Assembly: GCA_038128845.1 (NCBI GenBank)
Contig: JAYPKL010000001.1
Span: 113,605 to 177,604 of the forward strand
Reading direction: 5' to 3'
From: Candidatus Woesearchaeota archaeon
Lineage (GTDB): Archaea; Nanobdellota; Nanobdellia; UBA10117; ARS21
DNA: 64,000 nucleotides
Part shown: piece after piece, positions 61,232-64,000 of the stretch
Layout: each line of letters starts with the position of its first letter
How positions within the stretch are numbered: the stretch's first letter is position 1
Notes under the pieces: generated by a model
What the model was told of the DNA's origin: nothing
Databases searched by the model: none
Seen by the model: the letters and a program-made list of their open reading frames with translations, nothing else
Position numbers and translations under genes: made by a program

Positions 61232-61579
61232 TTATATTTTCTTTATTGTTTTATTTGACACAGTGAAAGTCTCTATATTTAATAAATTAAGATTTTTCTT
61301 TAATATTTTATCATTTGTTAGTATTGCACAATTATTTTTTTTGGCATAGTTAGTTAAGATTTCATCCGGATGACCATCTTGAGATTTTATAATTTTTATA
61401 TTTTTATTATTAATAATATCTAAGAATAGTTTATGTTTTTTTGAATCTACTTTTTTTAATTCATTAAGAATAATGTCAAATAATAATATGTCATAATTTC
61501 TTTCTTCAAAATAATTTATTAAATCAACTTTTTTTTCTAAGCAATATATTATAGAATTTGTATCAAATAATATTTTCAT
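61232..61579 (-). CDS. PIN-domain protein
   Basis: N-terminal ILFDTNSII and C-terminal ILTNDK acidic residues typical of the PIN fold. 115 aa. Confidence 0.55.
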   Translation of the reverse strand: MKILFDTNSIIYCLEKKVDLINYFEERNYDILLFDIILNELKKVDSKKHKLFLDIINNKNIKIIKSQDGHPDEILTNYAKKNNCAILTNDKILKKNLNLLNIETFTVSNKTIKKI

Positions 61580-61616
61580 ATAATTATAATTAAATATAAT
61601 TATTAAATATAGTTAT

Positions 61617-62111
61617 ATGACAAATAAATTAAAGGAAATAAAAAACGCGTATGATGGTTCTTCCGAGTTTTATAATTTAAGATATAAGGAAATTCAATTT
61701 AAAAAATATAATTTTGCTTTGAATAATATTCAGCTTGAAGGAAAAATTCTTGATTTAGGTGCAGGAACTGGACTTCTTTCAAAATTTATACATAATGACT
61801 TAATTTCATTAGATATATCATTTAATATGCTAAATAAATTCAAAGGAAAAAGAATTCAGGCAGATATGTCAAATATACCAATAAAAAAAGAAACATTTGA
61901 CTATATATTATCTTTTTCAGCATTAATGAATTCAGATAATGTAGAAAGAACTTTGAATGAAATTAAACGAATTTTAAAAAAAGATGGTAAAATTATAATT
62001 TCTTATCTTAAAAAATTTGATTATATAGAATTAATAAAAAATAATTTTAAAATTTTAAAACAAAATATAATTGATGAAGACGTTATGTTTATCCTCGAAC
62101 AAAAAGTTTAA
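61617..62111 (+). CDS. class I SAM-dependent methyltransferase
   Basis: Motif I ILDLGAGTGLL. 164 aa. Confidence 0.6.
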   Translation: MTNKLKEIKNAYDGSSEFYNLRYKEIQFKKYNFALNNIQLEGKILDLGAGTGLLSKFIHNDLISLDISFNMLNKFKGKRIQADMSNIPIKKETFDYILSFSALMNSDNVERTLNEIKRILKKDGKIIISYLKKFDYIELIKNNFKILKQNIIDEDVMFILEQKV

Positions 62112-62661
62112 ATCGATCTTGACCTTCTAGTTCAATCATTATTCTTTCAATTACTGCTTTTTTAGGACTAGGTACTGAACTAACTCTGCTTTTTATATCT
62201 TCAAAAGATTTGAAAGGTTCTAATTCTCTTTCATTTAGTAATTCTTTTGCATGTTTTTTTCCAATTCCCGGAAGAATTTCAAGTTGATGAGATCTTAATG
62301 AAATTGGACCAGAATTGTTGAAAAAATTAATGAACTTTTCTTCGTTATTTTCAATTATTTTTTCAATTACAAATCTTAATTCATTTTTCGAAGTTTGAGT
62401 TAATTTATCCATTTGTAAACTTCCTTTAATATATGCAACTTTATCTCTTTCACCGTCTCCAATATAGATTTCTTCGTGAGGGTTTATTGAAACATTTGGT
62501 TTTGCAACAAGTTCAAGTAAATAAAAATATTCTTTACCAATACATTGAATAATTGGTTCCTTCATATGAAATGGTCGGCTATCGTTTGAATAACCATTTT
62601 TTAAAAAATCTAAGACTACGACGTATTCTTCTTTTGCTTTTGTTCTTTTATCTCGTTCCAT
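62089..62661 (-). CDS. DUF655/COG1491-family predicted nucleic-acid-binding protein (OB fold + HhH)
   Basis: EEYVVVLDFLKNGY N-terminus and HhH LPGIGKKHAKELL. Conserved neighbourhood with rpoF and L21e. Confidence 0.55.
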   Translation of the reverse strand: MERDKRTKAKEEYVVVLDFLKNGYSNDSRPFHMKEPIIQCIGKEYFYLLELVAKPNVSINPHEEIYIGDGERDKVAYIKGSLQMDKLTQTSKNELRFVIEKIIENNEEKFINFFNNSGPISLRSHQLEILPGIGKKHAKELLNERELEPFKSFEDIKSRVSSVPSPKKAVIERIMIELEGQDRFKLFVRG

Positions 62662-62677
62662 GTCTTTATTTTAACTT

Positions 62678-63013
62678 TCATTTGGATTTTAATATTGATA
62701 ATATTTTATCTGAATTTTCTTTTGAAATTGTAAGTCTATTTCTTACAAGTACTGTTTTTAGTTCAGTTTCATTTTGAGGCATCATATTTATTATTTCAAT
62801 TATTGTGTCTAAAGTTAATCTAGGTATATCTGACGCTTCAAGTTCCTTAATTAAATTAAGTGTTTTTTCTTTATTAAGATTATTAAATTTTGATGTAAAG
62901 TCTCTAATTTTTTGTTGGTTTGGACTTAGTTCACCTGATTTTTCAAGTTCAACTAATAATTCTGAAACTTCGTTTAAACTTAATGGATCTTTCTTTAAAA
63001 TAACTGGTCTCAT
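62678..63013 (-). CDS. rpoF: DNA-directed RNA polymerase subunit F (Rpo4)
   Basis: 111 aa helical protein in the conserved L21e-rpoF-DUF655 arrangement. Weak sequence pattern match (I.EV.ELL...MP....E). Confidence 0.5.
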   Translation of the reverse strand: MRPVILKKDPLSLNEVSELLVELEKSGELSPNQQKIRDFTSKFNNLNKEKTLNLIKELEASDIPRLTLDTIIEIINMMPQNETELKTVLVRNRLTISKENSDKILSILKSK

Positions 63014-63318
63014 TTTGATTTTACTAAATGCACTGCTCTTGAAACTACTGTTTTAAGTTTATTTCCGTCTTTTATTTGCAGAGTATATGCATTTTTACCC
63101 TCTTTTGTTAATACTTTTCCAACAAGATTTCTAAATCTTGGATGTGGCATTCCTTTTTGTACTGCCGGTTCTTGTATGATTCTAACTCTATCGCCGATAT
63201 TAAATTTTTGTAATAATCTAGTTATAGTAACTTTACCTTTTGTTCCAGCTCTTTTTCTTAACTTATATCTGGTATTAGCTCTAAATCCGCCTTTTCTACC
63301 AGTTCCGCTTCCTGCCAT
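63010..63318 (-). CDS. rpl21e: ribosomal protein L21e
   Basis: GSGTGRKGGFRANTRYKLRKRAGTKGKV...FNIGDRVRI... characteristic of L21e. 102 aa. Confidence 0.85.
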   Translation of the reverse strand: MAGSGTGRKGGFRANTRYKLRKRAGTKGKVTITRLLQKFNIGDRVRIIQEPAVQKGMPHPRFRNLVGKVLTKEGKNAYTLQIKDGNKLKTVVSRAVHLVKSK

Positions 63319-63376
63319 TCTAAATTCTAGGTAATTTACTTTTTAAATGTTTCGAGAACATATTTTTATTAATATT

Positions 63377-64000
63377 TTAAAATAATCCGGGAATCTTTGG
63401 CATTCCGCCTTTACCAAGTCTTTTTTGCATTCTTGATAATTTTTTTGATTGACCAGTTAAAGTTTTCATCATTTTTTTCATTTGTTTTTGTTGTTTTATT
63501 AATTCCCTTAAATCTTCAATTTTTTTACCGGAACCAGAAACAATACGATTGATTCTTGATTCGTTCATCAAAGAAGGATTATTTTTTTCTTCTTTTGTCA
63601 TTGAATCCATCATCGTTTTCCAATTTTTCATTTTTTCTTGTTGTTGATTAAACATCTCATTAGAAATATTTAATTTACTCATTCCCGGAATTAAATTTGC
63701 TATTTGACTTAGAGATCCCATTTTATTCATTGAATCCATTTGGTTATATAGATCGTTGAATGAAAATTCACCCTTCATCATATTTTTCATATTTTTTTCT
63801 GCATCTTCTGAATTGATTGCATCTTTTGCTTTCTCAAGTAAGGTTTCAAGATCCCCCATACCCAAAAGTCTAGAAACAAAATTTTTTGGTTTAAATTCTT
63901 CAAGATTATCTAATTTTTCTCCGGTACCTATAAATTTTATATTTGAATTTGTTGCTGCAGAAGCAGATAGAGCACCACCTCCTTTGGCAGTACCATCTAA
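63377..64000 (-). CDS. srp54: signal recognition particle protein SRP54 (C-terminal part; gene continues past window end)
   Basis: Met-rich M domain (MKNMMKGEF...KKLSRMQKRLGKGGMPKIPG). The frame stays open upstream through the G-domain motif LDGTAKGGGALSASAATNSNIKFIGTGEKLDNLE up to position 64000. Confidence 0.85.
   Translation of the reverse strand, partial: LDGTAKGGGALSASAATNSNIKFIGTGEKLDNLEEFKPKNFVSRLLGMGDLETLLEKAKDAINSEDAEKNMKNMMKGEFSFNDLYNQMDSMNKMGSLSQIANLIPGMSKLNISNEMFNQQQEKMKNWKTMMDSMTKEEKNNPSLMNESRINRIVSGSGKKIEDLRELIKQQKQMKKMMKTLTGQSKKLSRMQKRLGKGGMPKIPGLF

Noticed and set aside
62553-63056. Plus-strand ORFs (74 and 83 aa) over the DUF655 and rpoF genes
   Set aside because: Antisense to genes supported by conserved synteny (L21e-rpoF-DUF655).

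Overview
AT-rich (~30% GC) archaeal chromosome segment. The gene content points to a reduced-genome DPANN-type archaeon: topoisomerase VI B/A, MCM, RFC small and large subunits, TBP, aIF-1A, aIF-2beta, Kae1, deoxyhypusine synthase, an rpoE'-spt4-S24e cluster, an L21e-rpoF-DUF655 cluster, and the ftsZ-secE-spt5-L11 cluster. The window holds one rRNA operon (16S, tRNA-Ala in the spacer, 23S, no linked 5S), three further tRNAs (Gln, Ser, Phe), an RNase P RNA, an SRP RNA and SRP54 (partial at the window end). It also encodes IleRS, AlaRS, a P-type ATPase, two FKBPs, HtpX and a HerA-like ATPase. The accessory part lies at about 15.6-31 kb. It begins with a 1887-aa cell-surface giant protein (three LamG-like modules plus cadherin/VCBS-like repeats) that is bracketed by two paralogous ribbon-helix-helix mini-genes, each translationally coupled to it. 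A tight same-strand operon of six secreted or membrane-anchored proteins follows; one of them shares a domain with the giant protein. After that comes a repeat-laden noncoding stretch with an iteron-like TAAACACGTG array. Next is a XerA-like tyrosine recombinase flanked by wHTH genes and a triplicated palindromic repeat. The region ends with a cysteine-rich repeat surface protein abutting tRNA-Gln. Other oddities: a ribosomal protein L11 gene that encodes only the C-terminal domain; an L1-L10-L12 block separated from L11 by alaS and a coiled-coil protein gene and on the opposite strand; FtsZ with a ~90-aa Ser/Asp/Tyr-rich N-terminal extension; and a Cys-less Spt4-like micro-ORF.
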